Assembly: GCA_963724765.1 (NCBI GenBank)
Contig: CAVRVY010000003.1
Coordinates: 544,001-608,000, forward strand
Direction of reading: 5' to 3'
Length of the DNA stretch: 64,000 bases
Source: an uncultured delta proteobacterium
Lineage (GTDB): Bacteria > Desulfobacterota > Binatia > Binatales > Binataceae
Part shown: piece after piece, positions 18,481 through 31,741 of the stretch
Layout of the letters: each line of letters begins with the position of its first letter
Numbering within the stretch: position 1 is the stretch's first letter
The notes under the pieces: generated by a model
What the model was told of the DNA's origin: nothing
What the model saw: the letters and a program-made list of their open reading frames with translations, nothing else
The model's database searches: none
Translations under genes and position numbers: made by a program

Positions 18481-18753
18481 ATGAGCGTGCTGGAGGGGAC
18501 AGTGGAGGTTGTCAACCGTCTGGGCCTCCATCTGCGCGCTGCAACCAAACTGGCCGAAACCGCGCGCAGCTTTCAGTCCAAGCTGACTATCGTGGGGAAG
18601 GACGGCCAGGCCGACGCGCGCAGCGTGATCAACCTGATGATGCTCGGCGCGGCGATCGGCGCGCGGCTCAAAGTGCGCGCCGAGGGCCCGGACGCGCGCG
18701 CCGCGCTCGACGCGATCCAGCGCCTGTTTCAGGATCGCTTTGGCGAAGACTGA
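18481..18753 (+). CDS. ptsH: HPr/NPr phosphocarrier protein
   Basis: VVNRLGLHLRAA (His15), ADARSVINLMMLG (Ser46), FGED terminus. Confidence 0.92.
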   Translation: MSVLEGTVEVVNRLGLHLRAATKLAETARSFQSKLTIVGKDGQADARSVINLMMLGAAIGARLKVRAEGPDARAALDAIQRLFQDRFGED

Positions 18754-19096
18754 ACATTGCGGCGAAAACGGAACGTTCCGACTAAGTCGGACGGAAGTTG
18801 ACTGACCGGTTTCGGGGCAACCCGGGGAGATTAGCGCCAAGAATTGATCGGCTGAACTGCTGACCGCCGAGCACGTGACGGTCAGCGGGCCAGTGCCTTG
18901 ATCGCACGTCAGCGGTTGGCTATACCAGTGCATCGTTCTTAGTTCCGGATGGAATACCTGCATTTATCGAGCGTTGTGCGGCGAGCGCTCGCTCTGCAAC
19001 CAAATCAAACATTACGTTGCCGCTGGGCCGGGTGAGCCTGCTGAGCACCGAGGCGGCCGTTTGCAAAGACCGGCAGCCCCAAGGAGACATCGCTAA

Positions 19097-20284
19097 ATGC
19101 CGCTCAAGGACTTTCTCTTCACCTCGGAATCAGTTTCCGAAGGCCATCCCGATAAGATGTGCGACCAGATCTCGGACGCCGTGCTCGACGCGCTTATCGC
19201 CGAGGATCCCAACTCGCGCGTGGCGCTGGAGTCGCTGGTCAAGACCGGGCTGATCGTGCTGGCCGGCGAGATCACCAGCCGTGCGCATCCGGACTTCGTG
19301 CGGATCGCGCGCGATACCGCGCTCGAAATCGGCTACAACCACATCGACACCGGCTTCGACGGCAACAACTGCGCCGTGCTGACCGCGATCGAGCCACAAT
19401 CGGTGGATATCTCGCAGGGCGTCACCGAGGGCGAAGGCCTGCACAAGGAGCAGGGCGCCGGCGACCAGGGCTTGATGTTCGGGTTCGCCTGCGACGAGAC
19501 GCCGGAGGAAATGCCGCTGCCGATCGCGCTCGCGCATCGGCTGATGGAGAACCTCTCCAAGCTCCGCCACCAGGGCAAGGCGGATTTCCTGCTGCCCGAC
19601 GGCAAAAGCCAGGTCACCGTACGTTACGTGGGCGGGCGCCCGGTCGAGATCAGTACGGTGGTGGTCTCGGCCCAGCATCGCCGCGATGTCGGCCATGCGA
19701 CCGTGCGCGAGGCGGTGATCGAGGAGTTGATCAAGCCGACCATCCCCAAGCAGTTCCTGACCAAGGACACGGTAATCCACGTCAACCCGACCGGCAGCTT
19801 CGTGATCGGCGGTCCGCATGGCGACTGCGGGCTGACCGGGCGCAAGATCATCGTCGACACCTACGGCGGCTACGGCCGCCACGGCGGCGGCGCGTTCTCC
19901 GGCAAGGACCCGAGCAAGGTCGATCGCTCGGCCTGCTACATGGCGCGCTACGTGGCCAAGAACGTGGTCGCAGCCGGGCTCGCAACCAAGTGCGAAATCC
20001 AGGTGGCGTACGCGATCGGTGTGGCCGAGCCGGTTTCGATCCTGATTGACACTTTCGACACGGGTGCGGTGCCGGACCAGAAGCTGTCCTCGGCGCTGCG
20101 CGAGCTGTTCGATTTTCGGCCCGCCGGGATCATCAAGACCCTCGGTTTGAAGCGGCCGATCTACAAGGCCACCGCCGCGTACGGCCATTTCGGCCGCGTG
20201 CCGCACAATGGGCTCTTTCCGTGGGAGCAGACCGACATGGTCGACGCATTGCGTAGCGCATTTGGGCGCGACAGCGGCCGTTAA
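19097..20284 (+). CDS. metK: S-adenosylmethionine synthetase
   Basis: [42 protein letters not shown]. Confidence 0.98.
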   Translation: MPLKDFLFTSESVSEGHPDKMCDQISDAVLDALIAEDPNSRVALESLVKTGLIVLAGEITSRAHPDFVRIARDTALEIGYNHIDTGFDGNNCAVLTAIEPQSVDISQGVTEGEGLHKEQGAGDQGLMFGFACDETPEEMPLPIALAHRLMENLSKLRHQGKADFLLPDGKSQVTVRYVGGRPVEISTVVVSAQHRRDVGHATVREAVIEELIKPTIPKQFLTKDTVIHVNPTGSFVIGGPHGDCGLTGRKIIVDTYGGYGRHGGGAFSGKDPSKVDRSACYMARYVAKNVVAAGLATKCEIQVAYAIGVAEPVSILIDTFDTGAVPDQKLSSALRELFDFRPAGIIKTLGLKRPIYKATAAYGHFGRVPHNGLFPWEQTDMVDALRSAFGRDSGR

Positions 20285-20368
20285 GTTAATCAGAACAACG
20301 TCGTATTGAAGCCTGGGGCGCGCGGCGCACTCGCGTACGCACGCCCTTTGAAATTCGGAGAAGATCAG

Positions 20369-21682
20369 ATGGAGGCGAAAGCCAACAAGCGTAAAGCCAC
20401 GTCCCTCGCGTCACGCAACGGGCGCGCCCTGCCCCATGACGTGCGCGACCTCGGACTGGCCGAGGCCGGACGGCGCAGGATTGAGTGGGCCGACGAACAG
20501 ATGCCAGTGCTGCGGATCATCCGCGAACGCTTCGCCAAGGAGAAGCCGCTGCGCGGCCAACGCCTGAGCGCCTGTCTGCATATAACCACCGAGACCGCCA
20601 ATCTGCTGCGCACACTCAAGGCCGGCGGCGCCGAAGTGCTGTGCTGCGCCTCCAATCCGCTCTCGACCCAGGACGACGTCGCGGCTGCGCTGGTCAAGGA
20701 ATACGGCATCCCCAGCTACGCCGTGCACGCCGAGGATCGCGACACCTATTACAGCCATCTGCGCGCCGTACTCGAGGCCCATCCGACCATCACAATGGAC
20801 GACGGCGCCGACCTGGTGAGCCTGCTCCACACCGAGTTTCAGGACCAGGCCTCCGAAGTACGGGCCTCGATGGAAGAGACCACGACCGGCGTTATCCGCC
20901 TGCGCGCGATGGAGCAGGACCGCGCACTGCGCATCCCGGTCGTCGCCGTCAACGACGCCCAGACCAAGTACCTGTTCGACAACCGCTACGGCACGGGCCA
21001 ATCGACGCTCGACGCGATCATCCGTGCGACCGGCGTGCTGGTGGCGGGCTCGGTGTTCGTGGTGTGCGGCTATGGATGGTGCGGGCGCGGCGTGGCGTCG
21101 CGCGCGCGTGGCCTCGGCGCCAACGTGATCGTGACCGAGGTCAACCCCATCCGGGCGCTGGAGGCGGCGCTCGACGGCTACCAGGTGATGCGGATGGCGG
21201 AGGCGGCGCGGGTCGGCGACATCTTCGTCACCGTCACCGGCGACAAGGACATCATCGGCGCCAACCATATGACCGCGATGAAGGATGGTGCAATCATCTG
21301 CAACTCGGGTCACTTCGATGTCGAGATCGATCTGCCCGCGCTGCGCAAGCTGGCGCGCCGCGTCGATCGCCAGGCCGAGCGTGAAGTCGAGACCTTCCAT
21401 CTGCGCAACGGGCGCAAGCTTTACCTGCTCGGCCAGGGGCGGCTGGTGAATCTCGCCTGTGCCGGAGGCCATCCCGCGCAAGTGATGGACATGAGCTTCG
21501 CCACCCAGGCGATGGCCGCGGCGTGGGCCGCGGGGGCGCAACTCGAGGTCAAGGTGCATAACGTGCCTTTGAAGATCGAGGACGAAGTCGCGGGCATGAA
21601 ACTGGCCGCGATGGGAATCAAGATCGACCGGCTTTCAGCCGAGCAGAAGCACTACCTGGCAAGCTGGCAAAGCGGGACCTAA
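20369..21682 (+). CDS. ahcY: Adenosylhomocysteinase
   Basis: CLHITTET, SNPLSTQD, EETTTG, FDNRYGTGQS, GRLVNL..A.GHP. Confidence 0.97.
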   Translation: MEAKANKRKATSLASRNGRALPHDVRDLGLAEAGRRRIEWADEQMPVLRIIRERFAKEKPLRGQRLSACLHITTETANLLRTLKAGGAEVLCCASNPLSTQDDVAAALVKEYGIPSYAVHAEDRDTYYSHLRAVLEAHPTITMDDGADLVSLLHTEFQDQASEVRASMEETTTGVIRLRAMEQDRALRIPVVAVNDAQTKYLFDNRYGTGQSTLDAIIRATGVLVAGSVFVVCGYGWCGRGVASRARGLGANVIVTEVNPIRALEAALDGYQVMRMAEAARVGDIFVTVTGDKDIIGANHMTAMKDGAIICNSGHFDVEIDLPALRKLARRVDRQAEREVETFHLRNGRKLYLLGQGRLVNLACAGGHPAQVMDMSFATQAMAAAWAAGAQLEVKVHNVPLKIEDEVAGMKLAAMGIKIDRLSAEQKHYLASWQSGT

Positions 21683-21741
21683 GCAACAATTCGAGCGGAC
21701 ACCCTCAGCGCGGCCGCGCGCGGGCCGCGGGAGGGCCGCGT

Positions 21742-22440
21742 CTAACTGCTGCCCGGCAGCCAGCCGCGGCGGCGCGCCAGTTCGCCGCCGGCGAAACATA
21801 TCACGATCAGCGCAAGCGCGAGGAAAAAGCGCGGCGAGGTCGGATGCCATAGCGCGTCGCCCAGGAACGCGAACAGGATAGTCCCCGGGATCATCCCGAT
21901 CATGCTCGCCCAGAAATAGTCGCGGAAAGTTATTGGCGAGGCGCCGGCCAGCAGGTTGAGCGCGTTGTAGGGAATGAGCGGCACCAGCCGCAGATAGAAA
22001 ATGATCTGGAAACCGTGGCGTCCGATGTGCGCCAGAAGCTTTTCGAATCGTCCCCCGACCACGCTCTGTACGAACGACCGGCCCAGAAAACGGCCCGCGG
22101 CAAACGCAATCAGCGCTCCCGCATCCGCTCCCAGCAGCGAGTAGACCGAACCCCACAGCGTCCCGAACGCCAGCCCGCCCGCGATCGTCATCACCGCGCC
22201 CGGCACCAGGAACGACGGACCTACCGCGTAGAGCAGCATGTAAACGACCGGCCCCCAGATGCCCCAGCTCAGCACCTCCACCTTGACCAGGCTCGGATTC
22301 TCGAACCATTCGGTATGCGCCCACAAAAGCCACAGCGAGCCTCCAACCAGGATCAGCACGATCAGGATCTTGACGATCCCCAGCGCAGTGAGCAGACGGG
22401 GCTGATCCTCGGGAGTTGGTATTGGACTGATAGCTGCCAT
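21742..22440 (-). CDS. TVP38/TMEM64 (DedA-like) membrane protein
   Basis: PGAVMTIAGGLAFG, LRLVPLIPYNALN, IGMIPGT. Confidence 0.88.
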   Translation of the reverse strand: MAAISPIPTPEDQPRLLTALGIVKILIVLILVGGSLWLLWAHTEWFENPSLVKVEVLSWGIWGPVVYMLLYAVGPSFLVPGAVMTIAGGLAFGTLWGSVYSLLGADAGALIAFAAGRFLGRSFVQSVVGGRFEKLLAHIGRHGFQIIFYLRLVPLIPYNALNLLAGASPITFRDYFWASMIGMIPGTILFAFLGDALWHPTSPRFFLALALIVICFAGGELARRRGWLPGSS

Positions 22441-22650
22441 CGCCGAGCCGCGCGGGCGGCCGATTAATGATACGGGCCGCTATGGCACACAGACAAGGCC
22501 GTCGGCCGTGAGAGTTTCGTTTTCGTGGTCCCGATGCGCGGTCGCGCTACAGTCGGCCTAAGTGGGCGTCGGCCGCTGCCGGAGGAGCTGAATTTATTCT
22601 TATGATCTCCTAAGGAAAGCTAGGAGGCGCGGGAGAAAGGCCGGAGCGAC

Positions 22651-23634
22651 TCAGCGCGCGATGTCGTTGTGGCGCACCTGGACGGCGACGCCCTCCAGGC
22701 CCAGGCGGTGCGCGAGTTCGGTCGCCAGCGTCGGCGATCGATGCCGTCCGCCGGTGCATCCCAGGCCGATCGTCAGGTAGCTTTTTCCTTCGCGCCGGTA
22801 GAGCGGCACCAGGAAGCCGAGCAGCCGCACGAACTCGTCGACGAAGCGTCGCGCCTCCGGCTGGTTCATCACGTACGTCCGCACTCGCTCGTCCATCCCG
22901 TCCAGCGGCCTCAGTTCCGGCACGAAAAACGGGTTGGGCAAAAAACGCACGTCCAGCACCAGGTCCATCCCGACCGGGATCCCATACTTGTAGCCGAACG
23001 AGACCAGCGCGATCGTCATCGCTGACCCGCTTGCAGCGCCCAATACCGCCGTCGTGATGACCTCGCGCAGCTCGTGCACGGTGAGCGCGCTGGTATCGAT
23101 CACGCGGTTGGCCCGCTCGCGCATCTCGGCCAGCGCCAGGCGTTCGCTGCGGATGCCGTCGGTCACCGAGGCGCCGCGCTCGGCCATCGGATGCGGCCGG
23201 CGGCTCTCGGAGTAGCGCCGCACCAGGACCTCGTCGGAGGCGTCGAGAAAAAGCACTTCGGGACGAAAGCCCGCGCGCTCGAGCTCGTTGAAGACACGCG
23301 GCCACTGCGGAAAGAACAGCCGCTCGCGCGCGTCGATACCGAGCGCGACGCCGGCGAGCTCCGGGTCGCGCCGGGTCGCCAGCCGCATCACCGACTCGGC
23401 CAGCGCGACCGGCATATTGTCAACGCAGTAAAAGCCCAGGTCCTCGAGCACCCGCATCGCGGACAGCCGCCCCGAGCCCGAGACCCCGGTGACGATGATG
23501 AGGCGCGGATTCCGATCGGAACTGACGGACGTGGTGGAATTGCCGAAAGTGGCGGATATGGCTGACGCGGAGGTTGCGTCTGCCTTGCGCGCCCGCCGCC
23601 GCAGAGCCATCGCAGTCCAAGGCGCCGGCAGCAC
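22651..23634 (-). CDS. rapZ: RNase adapter RapZ (start uncertain)
   Basis: IIVTGVSGSG, LEDLGFYCVDN, SFGYKYG, DVRFLPNP, IGLGCTGGRHRS. Confidence 0.93.
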   Translation of the reverse strand: MLPAPWTAMALRRRARKADATSASAISATFGNSTTSVSSDRNPRLIIVTGVSGSGRLSAMRVLEDLGFYCVDNMPVALAESVMRLATRRDPELAGVALGIDARERLFFPQWPRVFNELERAGFRPEVLFLDASDEVLVRRYSESRRPHPMAERGASVTDGIRSERLALAEMRERANRVIDTSALTVHELREVITTAVLGAASGSAMTIALVSFGYKYGIPVGMDLVLDVRFLPNPFFVPELRPLDGMDERVRTYVMNQPEARRFVDEFVRLLGFLVPLYRREGKSYLTIGLGCTGGRHRSPTLATELAHRLGLEGVAVQVRHNDIAR

Positions 23635-23640
23635 CTCGAC

Positions 23641-24102
23641 TCAGTGCCGGGCGTCTTCCTCCTTGATGAGGCGAAAAATCTCGGCCGCGTCGGGCGCGTT
23701 GCTGAGCCGTTCGCGAAACGCCGGGTCCTTCATCAGGCGCGATACCCGCGCGAGCGCCTTGAGATGCAGGCTCGCCGAATCCTCGGGCGCGACCAGCAGA
23801 AAGAACAGATGCGTGGGGCCGCCGTCGAGCGAGTCAAAATCGACGCCACGTCGATGGCGTCCGAAGACCCCGATGATGTTGGTGACGCGGGCAAGCTTGC
23901 CGTGAGGGATGGCGATGCCGTCGCCGATCGCGGTCGAGCCCAGCCGCTCACGCTCGGCGAGCACCGCGGACAGCGCCGCGGGATCAACCTCGCGGTGTTT
24001 GCTGGCGAGGTACTCGGCCAGCTCATGCAGCACTTCGGGTTTGGTGTTGCCCTTGAGCTCAGGCAATACCATTTCAGGATTCAGGATATCGGTAATTTTC
24101 AT
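23641..24102 (-). CDS. ptsN: PTS EIIA-Ntr
   Basis: ERERLGSTAIGDGIAIPHGK, VDFDSLDG; located in the rpoN operon. Confidence 0.9.
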   Translation of the reverse strand: MKITDILNPEMVLPELKGNTKPEVLHELAEYLASKHREVDPAALSAVLAERERLGSTAIGDGIAIPHGKLARVTNIIGVFGRHRRGVDFDSLDGGPTHLFFLLVAPEDSASLHLKALARVSRLMKDPAFRERLSNAPDAAEIFRLIKEEDARH

Positions 24103-24205
24103 TGCCTACTTAGCGCACCCGATTATTGCATTGAGCGGAGGGTCCGGCGAGCCGGTATGGCCGCGAAGAATCGCCAGCGCGCGCGGCTCTGATAAGCGGG
24201 CGCAC

Positions 24206-24652
24206 CTACGAGTGGGAATCGCTCTCCGCTTCCTCAGCCGCGCTCAGGACCTCGCCCGCCGATGGGGCACGCCATTTCTTTGCCTCGATCTTCTCCACAT
24301 GTTTCTTGAGTTGCCGCTGGACCTTGTCCGCGAGCAGGTCGATGACCGAGTAGAGGTCCTTGGTCTCCTGCTGCGCCGCGACCACGGCCAGACGGCCTGA
24401 CTTGACCGTAACTTCGCCGCACTGGCGGTATTTATCAACTGAGAGGATCAAATGCACCGTGCACGGGCGCATCAAAGCTTTGGCCACGTGGCCGAGCTTG
24501 CGTTCCCCGTACTGGCGGATCGCCTCGGTCGGCTCGACGTGACGGAAGGTCACGGTGACCAGCGCGACCGGCCGCGCCTTGAGCTGCACGCGGCGGCGAA
24601 GTTTGCGTTCGGCCACCCGGTTGCGCTTGCCCGCCGGTTCTTTCATCGCCAT
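24206..24652 (-). CDS. hpf: Ribosome hibernation factor HPF/RaiA (short form) with a basic N-terminal extension
   Basis: VTFRHVEPTEAIRQY..RKL, DLYSVIDLLADKVQRQLKKH; downstream of rpoN. Confidence 0.88.
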   Translation of the reverse strand: MAMKEPAGKRNRVAERKLRRRVQLKARPVALVTVTFRHVEPTEAIRQYGERKLGHVAKALMRPCTVHLILSVDKYRQCGEVTVKSGRLAVVAAQQETKDLYSVIDLLADKVQRQLKKHVEKIEAKKWRAPSAGEVLSAAEEAESDSHS

Positions 24653-24713
24653 CTAACCACCCCTTTTGGCCATCCCTTTTTCGCGCGCGCTCTTTGCAGT
24701 TGCGACAAGGAGG

Positions 24714-26282
24714 TCAGTTGACCTTCTTGCGGCGCGCCGAAGGCAGGATGCCGAGCGCCTGGCGGTACTTGGCCACCGTGCGGCGCGCGATATTGATCTG
24801 GTCCCGGCGCAGAACTTCGGCGATGGCCTGATCCGACATCGGATCGTGATGTTGCTCGATCGCCACCATCGCGCGGATTTTTTCCTTGACCGTTTCGGCG
24901 CTGACGTCCTCGCCGCTTACAGCTTTGACGCCCGAGGTGAAGAAGAACTTCATCTCGAAGATGCCCTGCTGCGTGTGGGCGTACTTGTTGGCGGTGGCGC
25001 GGCTGATGGTCGACTCGTGCATCCCGATGTCCTCGGCCACGTCCTTGAGCACCAGCGGCCGCAAATGGGTGATGCCGTGGTCGAAGAACGCGCGCTGGAA
25101 CTTCACGATCGAGCTCGCGACCTTGAAGATCGTTTGCTGGCGCTGGTAGATCGACTTGACCAACCATCGCGCCGAGCGCAGCCGCTCCTGCAAATATTCC
25201 TTGGTGTCATCGGCGACCGCGCTGTCGCTCAGCACACGCTGGTAATAGCCAGCCAGCCGCAGCCGCGGCACCGCACCATCGTTGAGCAGCACCACGTAGT
25301 CCTCGCCCATCTTGTGGATGAAGACGTCGGGCACGATGTAGGCCGGCTCCTGGCCGCCGTAGTCGCGGCCCGGCTTGGGTTCGAGCAGCGAAATCACCTT
25401 GGCCGCCTGCCCCACCATCTCCATCGATACCCCGAGAGCGCGCGCGATCTCGGCGTAGCGATGCTTCTCGAGCAGGTCGAGATGGTTGAGCACGATACGC
25501 GCCGCCAGCGACTCTTCCATCCCGATATTGCTGAGCTGCTGGTAGAGGCACTCGCGGAGATCGCGCGCCGCCACTCCCGGCGGATCGAATCGTTGCACAC
25601 GCTTGAGCACCCGCTCGACGCTGGCCGCATCAGTCTCGAGTTGGGCTGCCAGATCTTCGACCGGCGTCTCCAGGTAGCCGTCGTCGTTCAGGTTGTAGAT
25701 GATGGTCGCGCCGATGATCTGATCGTTGTGCTCCAGCGACGACATCCTGAGCTGCCACATCAGATGCTCTTCGAGCGAAGTGCGCCGGGTGAGCGTGTTC
25801 TCCAGGGTCTGGCGGCGTTCGTCGTCCTGCTCAGATTCCTGGTTGTCCTGCCAGTTGTTGGAGTAATTCTCGAGATATTCGCGCCAGTCGAGCTTGTCGA
25901 GGCGGCCGTCCTCCTTGATCTCCGTCGTGGCGTCGCGCGCCTCGCTCGTCATCCCCTCGACCGTCGGCTGCTCGTCGCCATTGCCATTCCATTCCGACTC
26001 GGCCGCGGCCGCGCCCAACTCGGGCTCGGGCGGCAACAGGTCGGGCTCGGAGCCCGGCGTGGGATCGGGCGCCGCAGCCATCCCATCGTCGGCCGCGGTC
26101 GCGGTGGGGCTGCGCTCCTCGACCATCTCCAGCAGTGGATTGGATTCCAGTTCGGTCTGGACGACCGCTTCCAGCTCGGGCAGGGACAGTTGCAGGATCT
26201 TGATCGCCTGCTGCAACTGCGGCGTCATCACGAGCTGCTGGCGCAGCCGCAGGTCTTGTCCTAATTTGAGTTCAGGCGCCAT
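24714..26282 (-). CDS. rpoN: RNA polymerase sigma-54 factor
   Basis: QQLVMTPQLQQAIKILQL, HESTISRAT, RpoN box ARRTVAKYR. Confidence 0.98.
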   Translation of the reverse strand: MAPELKLGQDLRLRQQLVMTPQLQQAIKILQLSLPELEAVVQTELESNPLLEMVEERSPTATAADDGMAAAPDPTPGSEPDLLPPEPELGAAAAESEWNGNGDEQPTVEGMTSEARDATTEIKEDGRLDKLDWREYLENYSNNWQDNQESEQDDERRQTLENTLTRRTSLEEHLMWQLRMSSLEHNDQIIGATIIYNLNDDGYLETPVEDLAAQLETDAASVERVLKRVQRFDPPGVAARDLRECLYQQLSNIGMEESLAARIVLNHLDLLEKHRYAEIARALGVSMEMVGQAAKVISLLEPKPGRDYGGQEPAYIVPDVFIHKMGEDYVVLLNDGAVPRLRLAGYYQRVLSDSAVADDTKEYLQERLRSARWLVKSIYQRQQTIFKVASSIVKFQRAFFDHGITHLRPLVLKDVAEDIGMHESTISRATANKYAHTQQGIFEMKFFFTSGVKAVSGEDVSAETVKEKIRAMVAIEQHHDPMSDQAIAEVLRRDQINIARRTVAKYRQALGILPSARRKKVN

Positions 26283-26297
26283 ATTGAGCGTCGCTGA

Positions 26298-27329
26298 CTA
26301 AGGCGACTTAGCGACGGTAGTCTTATTATCGCGGGTTTTCTGCTCCGCAGGGAAGAACACCGCGCGTGCTCCCTCAACCTCGCTTTTGCCGGTGTCAAGG
26401 TGCACCGTTATCTTGCTGCCGGTGACCTGGTCTTCGCCGTCGTGCACCACGGGACTGCCGGTCAGTATTACGATATGTTTGGCTTGGTCGAGCACGGCGT
26501 GGTCGCCTGTAGCCCATCGCGTGCCCTGACTCATCCGCACGTTGGCGTTGGCGACCATCTCTTTGACCTCGTGGAAGTCCTTGCCATAGGTCACCGTCAG
26601 CGTATCGCTGGTCAGGAGCGCGTCGGCCTGAGCCGCATGGACGTGGCCGCGAAAGGTCACAACGTTGCCCTTGTAATCGAGATCGAGCGCGTCCGATCTG
26701 ATATCGATCGGGCCTTTGTTGCCTGAGAACTGGAGCGAGGAGAACGGGGCGTCCTGGCCTTGGCTGTCCTGGTCACCCTTCGAGCCGGCGCTGGCATCCT
26801 TGGAATCCGTCTTAGCCGATGCCGTCTGCGTGGCGCTTTTGGAATGCGTGCGATGCCCCCCCCTAACCTTGGCGTGCGCGGTGGGCGTGGAAAGAGCCGC
26901 CGGAGCGCCGGCGCTTTCTTCCGCGGCCGGCGCGGCGGAACTCGCAGCGCCGCCGCTGCTGCCCGCGGCCGGCGCCACGCTCGAGGGCGATGCCGGCGCT
27001 GACGCCGCGGCTGTGTTATCCGCCGCCGCCGGCGCGCCGCCTGAGGCGGCGTCGCCCGGCGTCTTGCGGATGCTCGCGCCCGGCGAAGCCGCGCCAGATG
27101 CCGCTACGGCGGGAGCCGCGGTCGTCGCGGCATCCGGCGCGGGGGATGCGCTCTGCGCGAGCGCGCCAGCCGGCGCGCTCGCGCAGAGCGCCAGCGCTAT
27201 CGCGGATGCGCCAAGCACCCTGGCCAACCCGCTGAACGGGTTGATCAGCGATGCGCTGCGGTGGCGTCGGCGCCACGCGAGGCGATGCCCGCGGGCCACG
27301 CTGTTACGATTTGCCTGATTTGAGATCAC
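26298..27329 (-). CDS. lptA: LptA/OstA LPS transport protein with a long low-complexity N-terminal region
   Basis: C-terminal PIDIRSDALD...VTFRGHVHAAQ...LTGSPVV..G..VTGSKI; follows lptC. Confidence 0.85.
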   Translation of the reverse strand: MISNQANRNSVARGHRLAWRRRHRSASLINPFSGLARVLGASAIALALCASAPAGALAQSASPAPDAATTAAPAVAASGAASPGASIRKTPGDAASGGAPAAADNTAAASAPASPSSVAPAAGSSGGAASSAAPAAEESAGAPAALSTPTAHAKVRGGHRTHSKSATQTASAKTDSKDASAGSKGDQDSQGQDAPFSSLQFSGNKGPIDIRSDALDLDYKGNVVTFRGHVHAAQADALLTSDTLTVTYGKDFHEVKEMVANANVRMSQGTRWATGDHAVLDQAKHIVILTGSPVVHDGEDQVTGSKITVHLDTGKSEVEGARAVFFPAEQKTRDNKTTVAKSP

Positions 27330-27909
27330 TGCTTTTCTTTGGAACCACCACGGTGTTGGTCTGACTCAGCAGGGTGAAGTTGCGCTCGTTGGGATGGCCG
27401 GTCAGGCCCACGCCGGTAACCCTCAGCCCCTGGCCTTGGACCTCGACCTCACCGGGAGCGTTCACCATGTCCTTGTCGGGAGCAAAGGTGGCTTCTCCGG
27501 TTTTCAGCACGAAGTCGCCATAGTTAATTTTGAGCCCGCCGCTTAAGTGGGCCTGGTTGATGTGATTGCCGGTCACTGAAATCTCCGCACGCGGCGCGAT
27601 GACCTCGACATTCTTGCCGTCTTTCGAGACCATCGATAATTCCGCGTCAGTCAGCAACAGAGAAGTCTTGTCGTGCGAGTAACTCGCATCGCGCGCGCTC
27701 AGACGCCATTGACTCAGCCCGCCGCTCATCTGCGTCCACTTGAGATTGTGCGCGTGCAGCAGCGCGCTGGGCACCAGGCCTGCCATCTGCTGCACGGTCG
27801 TTGCTGGGGAGCGATGACGCACGACATAAATCGCAACCGCGAGCACCACGGCAAGCGCCGCGGCGCCGAACAGTCCCATCGCCTTGGCCACCCGCTTCGG
27901 ACTCATCAC
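27304..27909 (-). CDS. lptC: LPS export protein LptC
   Basis: N-terminal TM, WRLSARDA, beta-jellyroll pattern GLRVTGVGL; directly upstream of lptA. Confidence 0.8.
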   Translation of the reverse strand: MMSPKRVAKAMGLFGAAALAVVLAVAIYVVRHRSPATTVQQMAGLVPSALLHAHNLKWTQMSGGLSQWRLSARDASYSHDKTSLLLTDAELSMVSKDGKNVEVIAPRAEISVTGNHINQAHLSGGLKINYGDFVLKTGEATFAPDKDMVNAPGEVEVQGQGLRVTGVGLTGHPNERNFTLLSQTNTVVVPKKSSDLKSGKS

Positions 27910-27960
27910 ATCGCTCCACCAATGAGGCTATCAGCGGGGGTTTGGGGTGTAAATCAATCC

Positions 27961-28293
27961 TTACCGGCGCGGGCGCGAGCGCTCGCGCCGCGCCCTGAAA
28001 CGGGCCATCAACCAAGTCAGCGCCAGGGCCCACAGCAGGCTGTTCGGCACCGACAGCGCCAGGAAATAATCGTCCGTTCGCGATCCCGCCAGATGAACCA
28101 GCGGCATCCCGAGCACCCCGAACAACAGATACCAGGCCGCGTCGCGCGAAGAGTTGGCCCACGCCATCGCCTGCGCGATCCAATGCGCGACGAAAAAACC
28201 GACGAACACCGTCGCGGTCGCCAGGTTGTCCGCCAGCGCCAACCAGGCGGAGCGGGGACTGTCCTTGATTGGCCGCGCCTTGATGCGCCGCAA
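27961..28293 (-). CDS. Small membrane protein of unknown function
   Basis: About three hydrophobic segments; ATG 5 nt after the kdsA stop. Confidence 0.55.
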   Translation of the reverse strand: MRRIKARPIKDSPRSAWLALADNLATATVFVGFFVAHWIAQAMAWANSSRDAAWYLLFGVLGMPLVHLAGSRTDDYFLALSVPNSLLWALALTWLMARFRARRERSRPRR

Positions 28294-28298
28294 TTTGG

Positions 28299-31556
<3,258 letters not shown>

Positions 31557-31741
31557 CGAGGGGACTCCGAACGGGCTGTGTAGGAACCGAAAGACTCTGA
31601 GCGCAACCGCACAATAATTAGTAGCTGGCGGCGCCCCATGATGTCAATTTCGCGCCCGGATTTTGCTCCACAGCGCGGCGCGCGTGGCGCAGACAATGCG
31701 AGGTTTTCTTCGTTCTGTGGCCCTTCAGCTTGGCCTCTTTG

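Noticed and set aside
18961-19002. ttatcgag...gcaacc resembling parts of a SAM-I riboswitch
   Set aside because: The gaggga-ctggccc P2/pseudoknot core and the closing P1 strand are missing. It is kept only as a generic structured-leader candidate.
22481-22500. TGGCAC motifs near 22482 and 63662 as sigma-54 promoters
   Set aside because: Neither has GC at the -12 position.
24666-26264. Long antisense ORFs opposite rpoN, and likewise pyrG, groEL, metK, ahcY, hemW and the nuo genes
   Set aside because: These are shadow ORFs expected in high-GC DNA opposite well-supported genes.
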